Shown: positions 18,552 through 29,357 of the stretch, piece after piece
How the letters are laid out: each line of letters begins with the position of its first letter
Position numbering within the stretch: position 1 is the stretch's first letter
NCBI GenBank assembly: GCA_963708945.1
Contig: CAVPUI010000011.1
Location: 87,281-151,280, forward strand
DNA from: an uncultured Actinomycetota bacterium
Lineage (GTDB): Bacteria; Actinomycetota; Actinomycetes; Propionibacteriales; Nocardioidaceae
Direction: 5' to 3'
DNA: 64,000 bases
The notes under the pieces: generated by a model
What the model saw: only the letters and a program-made list of their open reading frames with translations
Told to the model about the DNA's origin: nothing
Databases searched by the model: none
Translations under genes and position numbers: made by a program

Positions 18552-20042
18552 TCACGAGGTCCGCAGCAGCAGGTCGACCAGCACGGTCTCGCCCTCGGTG
18601 GCCGCGAACATCGCGGCCCCCGTGGCGGGGTCGAGCGGCCGGCTGCCGCGGGGGCCGACGGCCAGGTGGTGGCCGTGCGGGGTGCGCCAGAGGTAGCTGC
18701 CCGGCCCGACCTGGCGCACCCGGAACCCGCCGTGGGTCTTGTCCCGGTGACTGCGCCGGGAGAGCGGCTGCCCGTTGTGGGTGCCGGTCTGCCCCGGTGG
18801 CCCACCCCGCGCGTAGGGCACGACGTGGTCGTAGTCGACCCGGCGGGACCGGCCGGTGGCCCAGGGGAAGGTGTCACGGCCACCGGTGAGCAGCCAGATG
18901 CGCTCCTTCACCCCCTCGGGGTGCTCGTACGCCGAGACCGCCACGTGGTCGGCGAGGTCGACGACCGGCTTCACCGTGACGTGGCAGTGCGCGAGCCACC
19001 GGGCGACCTGGGAGGCCAGCGCGGGCCCGACCTCCTCGACCCGGGCCACGCTCGCGGCCGGACGGGTCAAGGCCCCGTCGGTCAGGTGGACGTGCACCGT
19101 CGCGCGGGGACGCAGCCGTTCCGGGTCTACGCTGCGCAGGCTGGCCAGCAGATCGGCGGGGAAGGCGAGGGCGCGGGACGGCTCTTCGGGCTCGTGAGGC
19201 TCGGCGTTCTCGTCAGGCTCGGCGTGCTCGAGCAGCAGTTGGAGCAGCTCCGCGGGACGGGCGAGCCAGCCCAGGGCCTCGGCCCGCAGCTGGTCACGGG
19301 TCGGGCGCTGGTCGACCGGCACGTCGTCGGGCACCTGGGCTGCCAGGATCTCCGCGACCCGGGCGACCATCGCGTCGACGTAGACCGCGTCGCCGGCCTC
19401 GACCCGGGCCACCACGTGCCTCAGTCCGTGCTCGTCGGTGCGCGAGAGCGAGACGTAGCGCCTGGTCCGCTCCTGCTCCACCCGGGCCGCGTGCCGCGCG
19501 GGGTCGGCCTCGATCACCTTCGCCTCGGCGATCTCCAGCACCCGCGACGGGGACTCGCCGGCCAGGCAGGCGGAGATGGCCGCGTCGACCACGCCGACGT
19601 CGGTGAGCGCCAGCCCGCGGCTCATCGAGGCGACCCGGCGGGCCACCCACACCTCGCCCTCCAGCGACTCCACGACCGCCCAGGTGCGGGGCAGTCGGTG
19701 CCGGAGGTCGAGCACGTCCGCCATCGCGGAGCGGACCGCGAGCACGTGGGTGCGCCGGACCACGGCGAGCTCGGCCAGGCAGAGGTCGCGCACCCGCGGC
19801 GTCCCCTCGCCGCCGATCTCGACCAGCCGGTCCCACCCCGAGGCGGTGGGGTCCTCAAGCGGGTCACCACCGTGCAGGAGTGCCCAGTGCGCCACCAGCC
19901 GGAGGTCGTCGACCTCGGCGGCGCGGCGGGAGAGCAGGGCGACCTGGACGTGGTCCAGCACGCCGGCGGCGTCGAGGTCCGTGACGTCGAGGGCCGCGCC
20001 GGCCCCCGTGCCCACCCTCGCGCCTGCCCCCGTGATGATCAT
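18552..20042 (-). CDS. DUF222 (13E12-repeat-like) protein with C-terminal HNH-like motif
   Basis: GGEGTPRV, DLRHRLPRTW, DYDHVVPY...NGQPLSRRSHRDKTHGG, YLWRTPHG. Confidence 0.85.
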   Translation of the reverse strand: MIITGAGARVGTGAGAALDVTDLDAAGVLDHVQVALLSRRAAEVDDLRLVAHWALLHGGDPLEDPTASGWDRLVEIGGEGTPRVRDLCLAELAVVRRTHVLAVRSAMADVLDLRHRLPRTWAVVESLEGEVWVARRVASMSRGLALTDVGVVDAAISACLAGESPSRVLEIAEAKVIEADPARHAARVEQERTRRYVSLSRTDEHGLRHVVARVEAGDAVYVDAMVARVAEILAAQVPDDVPVDQRPTRDQLRAEALGWLARPAELLQLLLEHAEPDENAEPHEPEEPSRALAFPADLLASLRSVDPERLRPRATVHVHLTDGALTRPAASVARVEEVGPALASQVARWLAHCHVTVKPVVDLADHVAVSAYEHPEGVKERIWLLTGGRDTFPWATGRSRRVDYDHVVPYARGGPPGQTGTHNGQPLSRRSHRDKTHGGFRVRQVGPGSYLWRTPHGHHLAVGPRGSRPLDPATGAAMFAATEGETVLVDLLLRTS

Positions 20043-20055
20043 GCTATGACTCTAC

Positions 20056-20071
20056 TCGAACAGATGTTCGA
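20056..20071. promoter_or_regulatory. LexA (SOS) box
   Basis: TCGAAC-AGAT-GTTCGA, a perfect actinobacterial SOS box next to a TAGAGT -10 of the DUF222 gene. Confidence 0.85.
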
Positions 20072-20116
20072 ACGACAGCCGTCGTCCACAGGCCGAGAAG
20101 CGGCAGGGGCCCTCGG

Positions 20117-21325
20117 TCAGTCGGAGCCGAAGAGGTCGCGGGTGTAGACGCGGTCGGCGACGTCCTTGATGTCCTCGGTGAGCCGGTTGGCCACGATCAG
20201 GTCGGCCTGGGCCTTGAACTCCGCGAGGTCGCGGACCACCCGGGAGCCGAAGAAGGTGTCGTCGGGCAGCTCGGGCTCGTAGACCACGACCTCGATGCCC
20301 TTGGCCTTGATCCGCTTCATGATCCCCTGCACCGAGGAGGAGCGGAAGTTGTCCGAGCCGGCCTTCATGATCAGCCGGTGGATGCCCACCACGCGGGGCG
20401 CGCGGTCGATGATCTCGAAGGCGATGAAGTCCTTGCGGGTGCGGTTGGCCTCGACGATCGCGGAGATCAGGGTCTGCGGCACCTCGGAGTAGTTGGCCAG
20501 CAGCTGCTTGGTGTCCTTGGGCAGGCAGTAGCCGCCGTACCCGAAGGACGGGTTGTTGTAGTGGGTGCCGATCCGCGGGTCCAGGCCGACGCCGTCGATG
20601 ATCGCCCGGGTGTCCAGGCCGCGGGTCAGCGCGAAGGAGTCGAGCTCGTTGAAGTAGGCCACCCGCATCGCCAGGTAGGTGTTGGCGAACAGCTTGATCG
20701 CCTCGGCCTCGGTGGGGTCGGTGAGCAGCACCGGGACGTCGGTCTCCAGGGAGCCGGCGAGCAGCAGGTCGGCGAAGCGGCGGGCGCGGTCCGAGCGCTC
20801 CCCGACGATGATCCGCGAGGGGTGCAGGTTGTCGAGCAGCGCCTTGCCCTCGCGGAGGAACTCGGGGGAGAAGATCAGGTTGTCGGTGCCGAGCCGGGCC
20901 CGGGTCTCCGCCACGTAGCCCACCGGGATGGTCGACTTGATCACCATCACCGCGTCGGGGTTGGCCGCGTGCACCTGGGAGATCACCGCCTCGACGCTGG
21001 AGGTGTCGAAGTAGTTGGTGGCCGGGTCGTAGTCGGTGGGCGTGGCGATCACGACGTACTCCGCGTCGGCGTACGCCGCCCGGGGGTCCAGGGTGACGGT
21101 CAGGTCCAGGTCGCGGGTGGCGAGGTAGTGCTCGATCTCGTCGTCGTGGATCGGCGAGCGCTTGGACTCCAGCAGCGCGACCTTGGCGGGGTCCACCTCG
21201 ACCCCGGTGACCCGGCAGTGCTGGGCCAGCAGCACCGCGATCGAGAGGCCGACGTACCCCAGGCCCACCACCACGATCCGCGGGGCGTCGGCGGGGGCGG
21301 TGGTCCTGCGCTGCTCTTCGCTCAC
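20117..21325 (-). CDS. ugd: UDP-glucose 6-dehydrogenase
   Basis: [42 protein letters not shown]. Confidence 0.93.
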   Translation of the reverse strand: MSEEQRRTTAPADAPRIVVVGLGYVGLSIAVLLAQHCRVTGVEVDPAKVALLESKRSPIHDDEIEHYLATRDLDLTVTLDPRAAYADAEYVVIATPTDYDPATNYFDTSSVEAVISQVHAANPDAVMVIKSTIPVGYVAETRARLGTDNLIFSPEFLREGKALLDNLHPSRIIVGERSDRARRFADLLLAGSLETDVPVLLTDPTEAEAIKLFANTYLAMRVAYFNELDSFALTRGLDTRAIIDGVGLDPRIGTHYNNPSFGYGGYCLPKDTKQLLANYSEVPQTLISAIVEANRTRKDFIAFEIIDRAPRVVGIHRLIMKAGSDNFRSSSVQGIMKRIKAKGIEVVVYEPELPDDTFFGSRVVRDLAEFKAQADLIVANRLTEDIKDVADRVYTRDLFGSD

Positions 21326-21369
21326 GAGCAGTGAGTGTAGGGCCGCTGCGAGCCTGCGAGGATGGGGGC

Positions 21370-22134
21370 GTGAGCGCAGAGAGCAGGCAGCACGCCGCCG
21401 GCATCGCCGAGATCGTCACCCTGGCCGAGCGCCCGGAGCTGATGGACCGGTTCTGGGAGATGGAGAGCTCGTGGCCGGAGTTCATGCTGCACGACCCGAT
21501 CGGCAACATCTACTACGGCAGCCTCGAGCGGTTCGCCGAGTTCGTCCTGGTCTGCCTCGACGAGGACGGCGCGATGGTCGCCAAGGCGCACTCGGTGCCG
21601 TTCCCGCTGGCGGGCGACACGCTGCCGGACGACGGCTGGGACGGGGTGATCCGCCGGGCGGTCCAGGCGCAGGTCACCGGCGAGCCGGCCACCCACTGCT
21701 CGGCGATCGAGATCGCGATCCGTCCCGACCTGCAGGGCCGCGGTCTCTCCGCGCCCGTCCTGCTCGCGCTCCGCGACAACGCCGCCCGGCTCGGGTTCTC
21801 CGAGCTGCTCGCCCCGGTGCGCCCCAACGGCACGAAGGACGCCGCCGAGCCGATGGCCCGGTACGCCTTCCGCACCCGCGACGACGGACTGCCCGTCGAC
21901 CCCTGGCTCCGGGTGCACGTGCGGGCCGGCGGGCGGATCGACCGGGTCGCCCCCCGGTCGATGGTGATCCCCGGGACGCTCGAGGAGTGGCGGGCGTGGA
22001 CGGGGCTGCCGTTCGACTCCTCGGGACCGGTCGAGGTGGCCGGCGCGCTGACCCCCGTGCTGTGCGACGCCGAGCACGGGACCGCGGTCTACGTGGAGCC
22101 GAACGTGTGGGTGCGGCACGCCACCGGCGCATGA
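21370..22134 (+). CDS. GNAT-like N-acetyltransferase
   Basis: [19 protein letters not shown] (acetyl-CoA loop), [19 protein letters not shown]. Confidence 0.75.
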   Translation: MSAESRQHAAGIAEIVTLAERPELMDRFWEMESSWPEFMLHDPIGNIYYGSLERFAEFVLVCLDEDGAMVAKAHSVPFPLAGDTLPDDGWDGVIRRAVQAQVTGEPATHCSAIEIAIRPDLQGRGLSAPVLLALRDNAARLGFSELLAPVRPNGTKDAAEPMARYAFRTRDDGLPVDPWLRVHVRAGGRIDRVAPRSMVIPGTLEEWRAWTGLPFDSSGPVEVAGALTPVLCDAEHGTAVYVEPNVWVRHATGA

Positions 22135-22164
22135 TCCGAGGGGCATGAGGGGTACGGAGCCCCC

Positions 22165-22299
22165 ATGAAGATCATGCGGAAGCTTGCCATGGCCGGTGTG
22201 GCCAAGAAGGTGTACGACGAGGCGCGCAAGCCCCACAACCAGGCCAAGATCAGGTCAGCAGTGGAGAAGGTCAAGGCCAGGCGATCGGGCCGACGGTGA
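22165..22299 (+). CDS. 44-aa basic small protein (below the ORF-track cut-off)
   Basis: MKIMRKLAMAGVAKKVYDEARKPHNQAKIRSAVEKVKARRSGRR; stop overlaps the next GTG (GTGA). Confidence 0.65.
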   Translation: MKIMRKLAMAGVAKKVYDEARKPHNQAKIRSAVEKVKARRSGRR

Positions 22300-22862
22300 G
22301 CGCGGTCACCGCCCGGCGGCTCCGCGGCGGCGCCCTCGCGGGCGTGCTGGCGGCGGGCCTGCTCGCGGTGGGACCGGCGGCCTCGGCCGAGACCGTCACG
22401 GTCGTCGACGAGAAGGGCACGCGCCTGCAGGACCGGGCCAACGAGCTGGTGAACGGGCGTCTGACCTACGAGCCCTCCCGCACCGTCTTCGTGGCGCGGG
22501 TCGAGCGGCTCAACCGCACCAAGACCCGGGTCTTCGGCAGCGTCTACTACCCCGACGGCAGCTCGGTGAAGGTGCGCACCCAGCACCGCCAGGGCAAGCT
22601 CGTCACCCGCGGCACCTTCACCCGCGCAGGTCAGGAGGAGGGCACCCCGCTGCCCGCCGTCGCCCAGTGGGACCGGGCCAAGAACAAGGTGACGATCACC
22701 GTGGCCGGCGCGGACGACCCGAAGCGGTTCAACCGCCGGGCCCGGCTCGACGTCTACACCGTCACCAAGGGCGCCCAGGAGGGGCCGCACTGCCCGATCA
22801 TCGGCGGCGAGGTCCAGCCCTGCAACGACGACTACGTGACCGCCGAGCTCTCCCGCGCCTGA
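22296..22862 (+). CDS. Secreted hypothetical protein
   Basis: Signal peptide ending ASA; beta-rich mature part with a Cys pair near the C-terminus. Confidence 0.7.
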   Translation: MSAVTARRLRGGALAGVLAAGLLAVGPAASAETVTVVDEKGTRLQDRANELVNGRLTYEPSRTVFVARVERLNRTKTRVFGSVYYPDGSSVKVRTQHRQGKLVTRGTFTRAGQEEGTPLPAVAQWDRAKNKVTITVAGADDPKRFNRRARLDVYTVTKGAQEGPHCPIIGGEVQPCNDDYVTAELSRA

Positions 22863-22889
22863 TCCCGCCCCTGATCAGCCTGCTCCCGA

Positions 22890-24936
22890 TCAGCCCAGGG
22901 CGGCGGCGACCTCCGTGCCCTGCTTGATCGCCCGCTTGGCGTCGAGCTCGGCGGCGACGTCGGCTCCGCCGACCAGGTGCACCGTGGCTTCGCCGCCCAC
23001 GGGCACAGTGGCTCCGCCGGCCAGGTGGGCCGGGCGCTGCAGCGCGTCGTACAGGTCGCGCACCGACTCCTGCCCGGCGCAGACCACCACGTGGTCCACC
23101 TCGAGCAGCTGCGGCTCGCCGCCGACGGTCAGGTGCAGGCCGGCGTCGTCGATCCGGTCGTACGTCGCCCCGCTGATCTGGCGCACGCCGGACTGCTTGA
23201 GCACCGCACGGTGCGCCCAGCCCGAGGTCTTGCCCAGGCCGATCCCGATCGGGGTCTCCTTGCGCTGGACCAGCGTCACCTCGCGCACCACCGACCGCGG
23301 CTTGCGCTCGGTCAGTCCGCCGGGGTGCAGCGACGGGTCGCCGACGCCCCACTGGGCCATCCAGTCGTCGAAGGTCTCGCCCGGGTCGTGGGCGAGGAAG
23401 TGCGAGACGTCGACGCCGATGCCGCCGGCGCCGATCACCGCCACCCGGCGCCCGACCGTGACCCGGCCGGCGAGCACGTCGGCGTAGGAGACCGCCTTGG
23501 GGTGGTCGATGCCGTCGATCTGCGGCACCCGCGGCTCCACGCCGGTGGCGACCACGACGTGGTCGAAGCCGGCCAGGTCGTCGGGGCCGGCTTCGGTGGA
23601 GAGCCGGACGTCGACCTCGAGCACCTCGAGGCGCCGGGCGTAGTAGCGCAGCGTCTCCGCGAACTCCTCCTTGCCCGGGACCTGCATCGCGAGCCGGAAC
23701 TGGCCGCCGATCTGCGGGGCCTTCTCGAACAGGGTGACCGCCAGCCCGCGCTCGGCCGCGCTGACCGCGGTGGCCAGGCCGGCGGGGCCGGCCCCGACGA
23801 CTGCGACGGACTCGCGGCGGCGGGCGGGGGAGAGCACCAGCAGGGTCTCGTGGCAGGCGCGGGGGTTGACCAGGCAGGACGACGTCTTGTTGCTGAAGGT
23901 GTGGTCCAGGCAGGCCTGGTTGCAGGCGATGCAGGTGTTGATCTCGTCGGCGCGGCCCGCGGCGGCCTTGACGACGAACTCGGGATCGGCCAGCAGTGGG
24001 CGGGCCATCGAGATCAGGTCGGCGTCGCCGGCGGCCAGGATCTCCTCGGCCACCTCGGGGGTGTTGATCCGGTTGGAGGCGCAGACCGGGACCGAGACCT
24101 CGGCCTTGAGCCGGGCGGTGACCGAGCGCCAGGCGGCGCGCGGCACCTGGGTGATGATCGTCGGCACCCGCGCCTCGTGCCAGCCGATGCCGGTGTTGAA
24201 CGCGGTGACGCCGGCCTCCTCGAGCCGCGAGGCCAGCTCGGCGGTCTCCTCCCAGGTCTGGCCCGTCCTCGACCAGGTCGAGCAGCGAGATCCGGTACAT
24301 CACCGGGAAGTCGCCGACCAGCTCGCGGGTGCGGCGTACCACCTCGACCGGGAAGCGCATCCGCTTCTCGGCGCTGCCGCCCCAGGCGTCGGTGCGGTCG
24401 TTGGTGCGGGCGGCGAGGAACTGGTTGATCAGGTAGCCCTCGGAGCCCATGATCTCGACCGCGTCGTAGCCGGCCTTCTTGGCCAGCGCGACCGAGCGGG
24501 CGAAGTCGGTGGCGGTCCGGTCGACGGCCTTGGCCGACAGCGCGGCCGGCTTGAACGGGTTGATCGGGGCCTGCTTGCGCGACGCGCTCACGCTGAACGG
24601 GTGGTAGGCGTAGCGGCCGGCGTGCAGGATCTGCATCGCGATCGCGCCGCCCTCGGCGTGCACCGCCTCGGTGACCCGCTGGTGCCGCGCGGCCTGCAGC
24701 CGGGTGGTCATCTCGGAGGCGAACGGCTTGAGCCAGCCGCGCTTGTTGGGCGCGTAGCCGCCGGTGACGATCAGGCCGACGCCGCCGCGGGCGCGCTCGG
24801 CGAAGTACGCCGCCAGCCGGTCGATGTGCCAGGGCGCGTCCTCCAGCCCGGTGTGCATCGACCCCATCACCACGCGGTTGCGCAGGGTCAGCGGGCCCAG
24901 CTCGAGCGGGCTGAGCAGGTGCGGGTAGTCACTCAT
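22890..24936 (-). CDS. fadH: NADPH-dependent 2,4-dienoyl-CoA reductase (frameshift near 24265)
   Basis: LRNRVVMGSMHTGLE, IMGSEGYLINQF, CIACNQACLDH, GAGPAG, AELDAKRAI. Confidence 0.93.
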
Positions 24937-25473
24937 GAGCGGTCCTTGCTGTGGGCGTTGATGTAGTCCTTGAGCCAGCCGACCCAGAACTGCTCCAGGC
25001 CGATGCCGCCTCGCAGCACCAGGTACTGGTCGAGCTCGTGACCGGTGAGCGCCGGACGGGTCGTCGTACGCCTTCTCCAGGTGGCGGTAGTGCGCGAGGC
25101 GGACGAGGTGGTCGGCGAGGGCGGCGCGGAGCACCTCGAGCAGGGCGGCGCGGTCGCCGAAGCTGCCGCCGCGCATCTTCACCGCGAGCTCGCTGCGCAG
25201 CTCTTCCATCGGGGTCGGCGTGGCCAGCCACTGCGCGAGCACCTCGGCGCCGGCGTCGGTGACGGCGTACACCTTCTTGTCCGGCTTGCCGGCCTGCGGC
25301 ACCACCTCGACGGCGAGCCAGCCGTCGGCCTCCATCCGGCCCAGCACCCGGTAGATCTGCTGGTGGGTGGCGTGCCAGAAGAAGCCGATCGACTTGTCGA
25401 ACCGGCGAGCCAGCTCGAGTCCGGAGCCGGGCTTCTCGCTGAGCGCCACCAGGAGGGCGTGTTCCAGGGCCAC
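24933..25473 (-). CDS. PadR family regulator (frameshift near 25050)
   Basis: ALEHALLVAL...SGLELARRFDKSIGFFWHATHQQIYR...KPDKKVYAVT; stop overlaps the fadH ATG. Confidence 0.9.
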
Positions 25474-25492
25474 GGGAGGAGGATGGCAGATG

Positions 25493-25510
25493 CTTGCAAC
25501 GAGTTGCAAG
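25493..25510. promoter_or_regulatory. Palindromic operator candidate (PadR autoregulation)
   Basis: CTTGCAAC-GA-GTTGCAAG, 20 nt upstream of the padR start. Confidence 0.6.
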
Positions 25511-25604
25511 CCCCCCGAAGGTGAACTCTCTCGTCCTTCCGGCCAGCACCTCGGCACCTCAGGTGGAGGCGCGACGACCCGCGGCGGCAGCGAGCGTGGA
25601 CGCC

Positions 25605-26232
25605 ATGACGATCCTCCTCTCCGACCCGCGGGTCGCGGCCGTCCCGGTCCGCGAGAACGCCGAGCCGCTGGTCGGCTCGACCCCTCCTTCGGGCCCGCCC
25701 GGGCCCTGGTCCGCGCCGGTCTCGCCGAGCGCCTGGCCGCCGCGGCCGCCGACCTGCCGGCCGGGATCGCGGCTGCGCGTGGTGGAGGGCCACCGCAGCG
25801 TGGCCGACCAGCGCGCGATCATCGACGCGCTACTCCGCCGAGGTCCGCGCCGCCCGGCCCGGGCCTCGACGCCGACGAGCTGCACCGGCTGACCAGCCGG
25901 TTCGTCGCCCCGCTCGAGGTCGCGCCGCACGTGGCCGGCGCCGCGGTCGACCTGACCCTGGTCGACGCCTGCGGCGACGAGCTCGACCTCGGCACGCCGA
26001 TCGACGCGACCCCCGAGGCCTCCGACGGGCGCTGCTTCACCGCCGCCGCCGGGATCGGCGCCGACGCCCGCGCGCACCGCGACCTGCTCGCCCGGGTGCT
26101 GGGCGGCGCCGGGCTTGGTCAACTACCCCACCGAGTGGTGGCACTGGAGCTACGGCGACCGCTACTGGGCGCTGCTCACCGGCGCCGCCGGCCGCGCTCT
26201 ACGGCCCGGTCGACCTGGCGGTGGCGGCATGA
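25605..26232 (+). CDS. M15/VanX-like D-Ala-D-Ala dipeptidase (frameshifted)
   Basis: VVEGHRS, APHVAGAAVDLTL (HxxGxAxD), NYPTEWWHWSYGD across frames. Confidence 0.85.
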
Positions 26233-27405
26233 GCGCCCTCCCGGTGGACATGGTGGACGTGAGCCCGGCCGCACCGGTCGGGCCGGTGCTGCGGGTGGAC
26301 ACTCGCCGCCGTGCGCGCCAACGTCCGGCTGCTGGCCGGGCGCACCTCCGCCGAGGTGATGGCCGTGGTCAAGGCCGACGGCTTCGGTCACGGCGCGGTC
26401 GAGGTCGCCCGGACCGCGCTGGCGCGGCGGCGCCACCTCGCTCGGCGTGACCAGCCTCGACGAGGCGCTGCCGCTGCGCGCTGCGGGTCTCGACGCCCCG
26501 CTGCTCAGCTGGCTCAACCCCGTCGACGCCGACTTCGCCACCGCCGTGCACGCGGACGTCGAGCTCGCCGTCCCCTCCGCTGGAGCACCTGGCGGCGATC
26601 ACCGCGGCCGCCGCCCGGCGCCCGGGTGCACCTGCACCTGGACACCGGGCTGGCCCGCGACGGTGCCGCGCCCCAGGAGTGGGCCGCGCTCTGCCGGGCG
26701 GCCCGCGCCGCCGAGCGGACCGGCCGGCTCCGGGTGGTCGGGGTGATGGGTCACCTGGCCTGCGCCGACCAGCCCGGGCCACCCGGCCAACGCCGTCGGC
26801 CGCACCCGGTTCGCCTGGGGCCTGCGAGTCGCCCGCGCCGCCGGGCTCCGGCCCGCGAGCCGGCACCTGGCCGCCACCGCGGCCACCCTCACCGACCCGC
26901 TGGCCCACCACACGACGGTCCGGATCGGCGCCGGCCTGGTCGGGATCGACCCGACCGGGGACGGCGCGGGCGGCCTGCTCCGGCCGGCGATGACCCTGAC
27001 CGCCCCGGTGGTGAGCGGTGCGCCGGGTGCGCGCCGGCACGCCGGTCGGCTACGGCCACACCTGGACCGCCCCGGCCGCGACCACGCTCGGGCCTGCTCC
27101 CGCTGGGGTACGCCGACGGGCTGCCGCGGGCGGCCACCGGTCGGGCCGAGGTGCTGGTGCGCGGGCGACGCCGTCCGGTGGTCGGGCGGATCTCGATGGA
27201 CAGGTGGTCGTCGACCTCGGCGACGAGGACGTGCGGCTGGGCGAGCGAGGCCGTCGTCTTCGGCCCCGGCGACGCGGGCGAGCCGACCGTCGCCGACTGG
27301 GCGGGCTGGTCCGACACCCTCGAGCACGAGGTCGTCACCGGGCTCGGCGGCCGGGTGCACCGGGCAGTCGCCGGCACCCGCGTCGGCCTGAGGTCTCTCG
27401 CATGA
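26229..27405 (+). CDS. alr: PLP-dependent alanine-racemase-family enzyme (frameshifted)
   Basis: MAVVKADGFGHG, HLDTGLARDG, MGHLACAD, VGYGHTW, LGYADG, GRISMD. Confidence 0.85.
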
Positions 27406-28356
27406 GCGGGCTGCGGGTCGCCGTGATCGGCGGCGGCCAGAACTGCGAGCACGAGGTCTCGCTGGCCTCGGCGGCCTCGGTCGCGCGGGCGCTGGCCGAG
27501 CGCGACCTACGACGTGGTGCGGCTGACCATCGACCGCGACGGCGCCTGGCGGACGACCGAGGGCCGGCCGATCGGGCTGGCCGGCGGCGGTCGAGGTGCT
27601 GCGCGGCTGCGCGGTCGTCGTCCCGGTGGTGCACGGACCGCGCGGCGAGGACGGCACGCTCGCCGCGCTCTGCGAGCTGGCCGGGGTGCCCTACGTCGGG
27701 TCCGGGGTGCGGCGCCGGCGCGCTGGCGATGGACAAGTGGGCGACCAAGCTGGTCGCCGACGCGGTCGGCATCGCCACCGCGCCGGGGCGTGCTGCTCAC
27801 GCCGGGCACCGCCGCGTCGTACGCGTGGAGCCACCCGGTCGTGGTCAAGCCGGTCGCCGCCGGCTCCAGCCACGGGGTCTCGCCTGGTCCGCAGCGCCGA
27901 GGAGCTGCCGCCCGCGCTCGCCGCCGCGTTCGCCCTGGACGACCGGGTGCTGGTCGAGGAGCTCGTGGTCGGCCGCGAGATCGACGTGGCGGTGCTCGGC
28001 CGCCCCGACGGCTCGCGGATCGTGCTCGCCGAGCCCTGGAGATCGTGGTCGACGGGCTCTTCGACCTCGACACCAAGTACGACGGCAGCGCCGACTTCCG
28101 GATCCCCGCCGCGCTGGACGAGGTGGAGCGCAAGTCGCTGGAGGAGGCCGCGCTGGCGGTCTACGACGCGCTCGGCTGCGCCGGGGTGGCCCGGGTCGAC
28201 TTCTTCCTCACCGCCGACGGGCCGGTGCTCAACGAGGTGAACACGATGCCCGGCTTCACCGAGCAGTCGCAGGTGCCGCGGATGTTCGCCGCCGCCGGGC
28301 TGGCCTACCCCGACCTGCTCGACCTGCTGGTGCGCGACGCCGCGGACGCCGGGTGA
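27402..28356 (+). CDS. ddl: D-Ala-D-X ligase (frameshifted)
   Basis: [48 protein letters not shown]. Confidence 0.88.
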
Positions 28357-29357
28357 GCGGGCGGATCGCCGGGCTCGACCTGCTCCGCGGGATCGCGATC
28401 GGGCTGGTGATGCTGCGGCACGCACTCCCGGAGGCGTTCCCCGGCGCCGGGGTGGTCGGCGTGGTGATGTTCTTCGCGCTCAGCGGCTACCTGATCACCG
28501 GGGTGCTGCTGGCGGAGCTGGCCGGCACCGGCCGGGTGGACCTGCGCCGGTTCTACCTGCGCCGGGCCCGGCGGCTGGTGCCCGCGCTGCTCCTGCTGGT
28601 GGCCGGCGTGGTGCTGGTGACGCTGACCCTCGACCCGCTGGGGGACCGCGACCAGCTGGGCAAGACCGTCGCGGTCGCCCTCACCTGGACCGGCAACCTG
28701 CCCTTCGGCCACGCCAGCGACGCCACCTTCCACCTGTGGACCCTGGCCACCGAGGAGCAGTTCTACCTGCTGTGGCCCGCGGTCCTGGCGCTCGCCTTCG
28801 CCCGCGGTCGGGTCGGCGCGGCGCTGGTGGGGGTGGCCTGCGCCTGCCTGGCCGCGTGCGCGGCCACCGTGGTCTGGCTGGCCGAGGCGCCGGACCTGGC
28901 CTACTCGCTGCCCACCTCGTGGGCGGTCTGCTTCGTGGTCGGCGCCGCGACCCGGGTGTACCGCGATCGCCTCGCCGCCGTCCCGCTGCCGCCCTGGGCA
29001 CCTGCCGTGGCGTTGCTCGGTCTTACCCTCCTCAGCGTGGTTCCCTTGCGCGGTCACGCGCTCACCTACCTGGCGGGAGGCCCGGCCATCGCCCTGCTCA
29101 CCGCGGTGCTGCTGGTCTGCTGGCGCGCCTGGACGCAGGTGACCGGACCCGTCCTGGGCGCCCTGGTCTGGCTGGGCACGGTCTCCTACGCGGCGTACCT
29201 GTGGAACTACCCGCTCACGGTGTGGCTGCGGCCGCACCTGGAGCACGCCGGCCTGGTGGCCGCGGTGCTCACGCTGCCGCTGGCGGCGCTCAGCTGGTAC
29301 GCCGTGGAGCGGCCGCTCCAGCCGCGGCGTCGTCCGCGCGAGGCGGTGGCGGCATGA
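28353..29357 (+). CDS. Acyl_transf_3 (OafA-like) membrane protein
   Basis: IAGLDLLRGIAI, FFALSGYLIT, FYLRRARRL, HLWTLATEEQFYLLWP, SYAAYLW. Confidence 0.9.
   Translation: MSGRIAGLDLLRGIAIGLVMLRHALPEAFPGAGVVGVVMFFALSGYLITGVLLAELAGTGRVDLRRFYLRRARRLVPALLLLVAGVVLVTLTLDPLGDRDQLGKTVAVALTWTGNLPFGHASDATFHLWTLATEEQFYLLWPAVLALAFARGRVGAALVGVACACLAACAATVVWLAEAPDLAYSLPTSWAVCFVVGAATRVYRDRLAAVPLPPWAPAVALLGLTLLSVVPLRGHALTYLAGGPAIALLTAVLLVCWRAWTQVTGPVLGALVWLGTVSYAAYLWNYPLTVWLRPHLEHAGLVAAVLTLPLAALSWYAVERPLQPRRRPREAVAA

Noticed and set aside
18552-20042. DUF222 gene as an IS transposase
   Set aside because: No DDE or HUH motif, terminal inverted repeats or target duplication are visible; mobility is unproven.
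20117-21325. ugd as a recent horizontal acquisition
   Set aside because: It resembles the short enterobacterial/streptococcal type, but codon usage is host-like and there are no mobility signatures.
22798-25557. 919-aa PadR-FadH fusion, and similar long fused ORFs (25825-type kinase-regulator fusion 29825..31336, 27018..29357, 38934..41726, 40406..43813)
   Set aside because: These arise from frameshifts or read-through of GC-rich frames; separate start/stop overlaps for the individual genes are visible.
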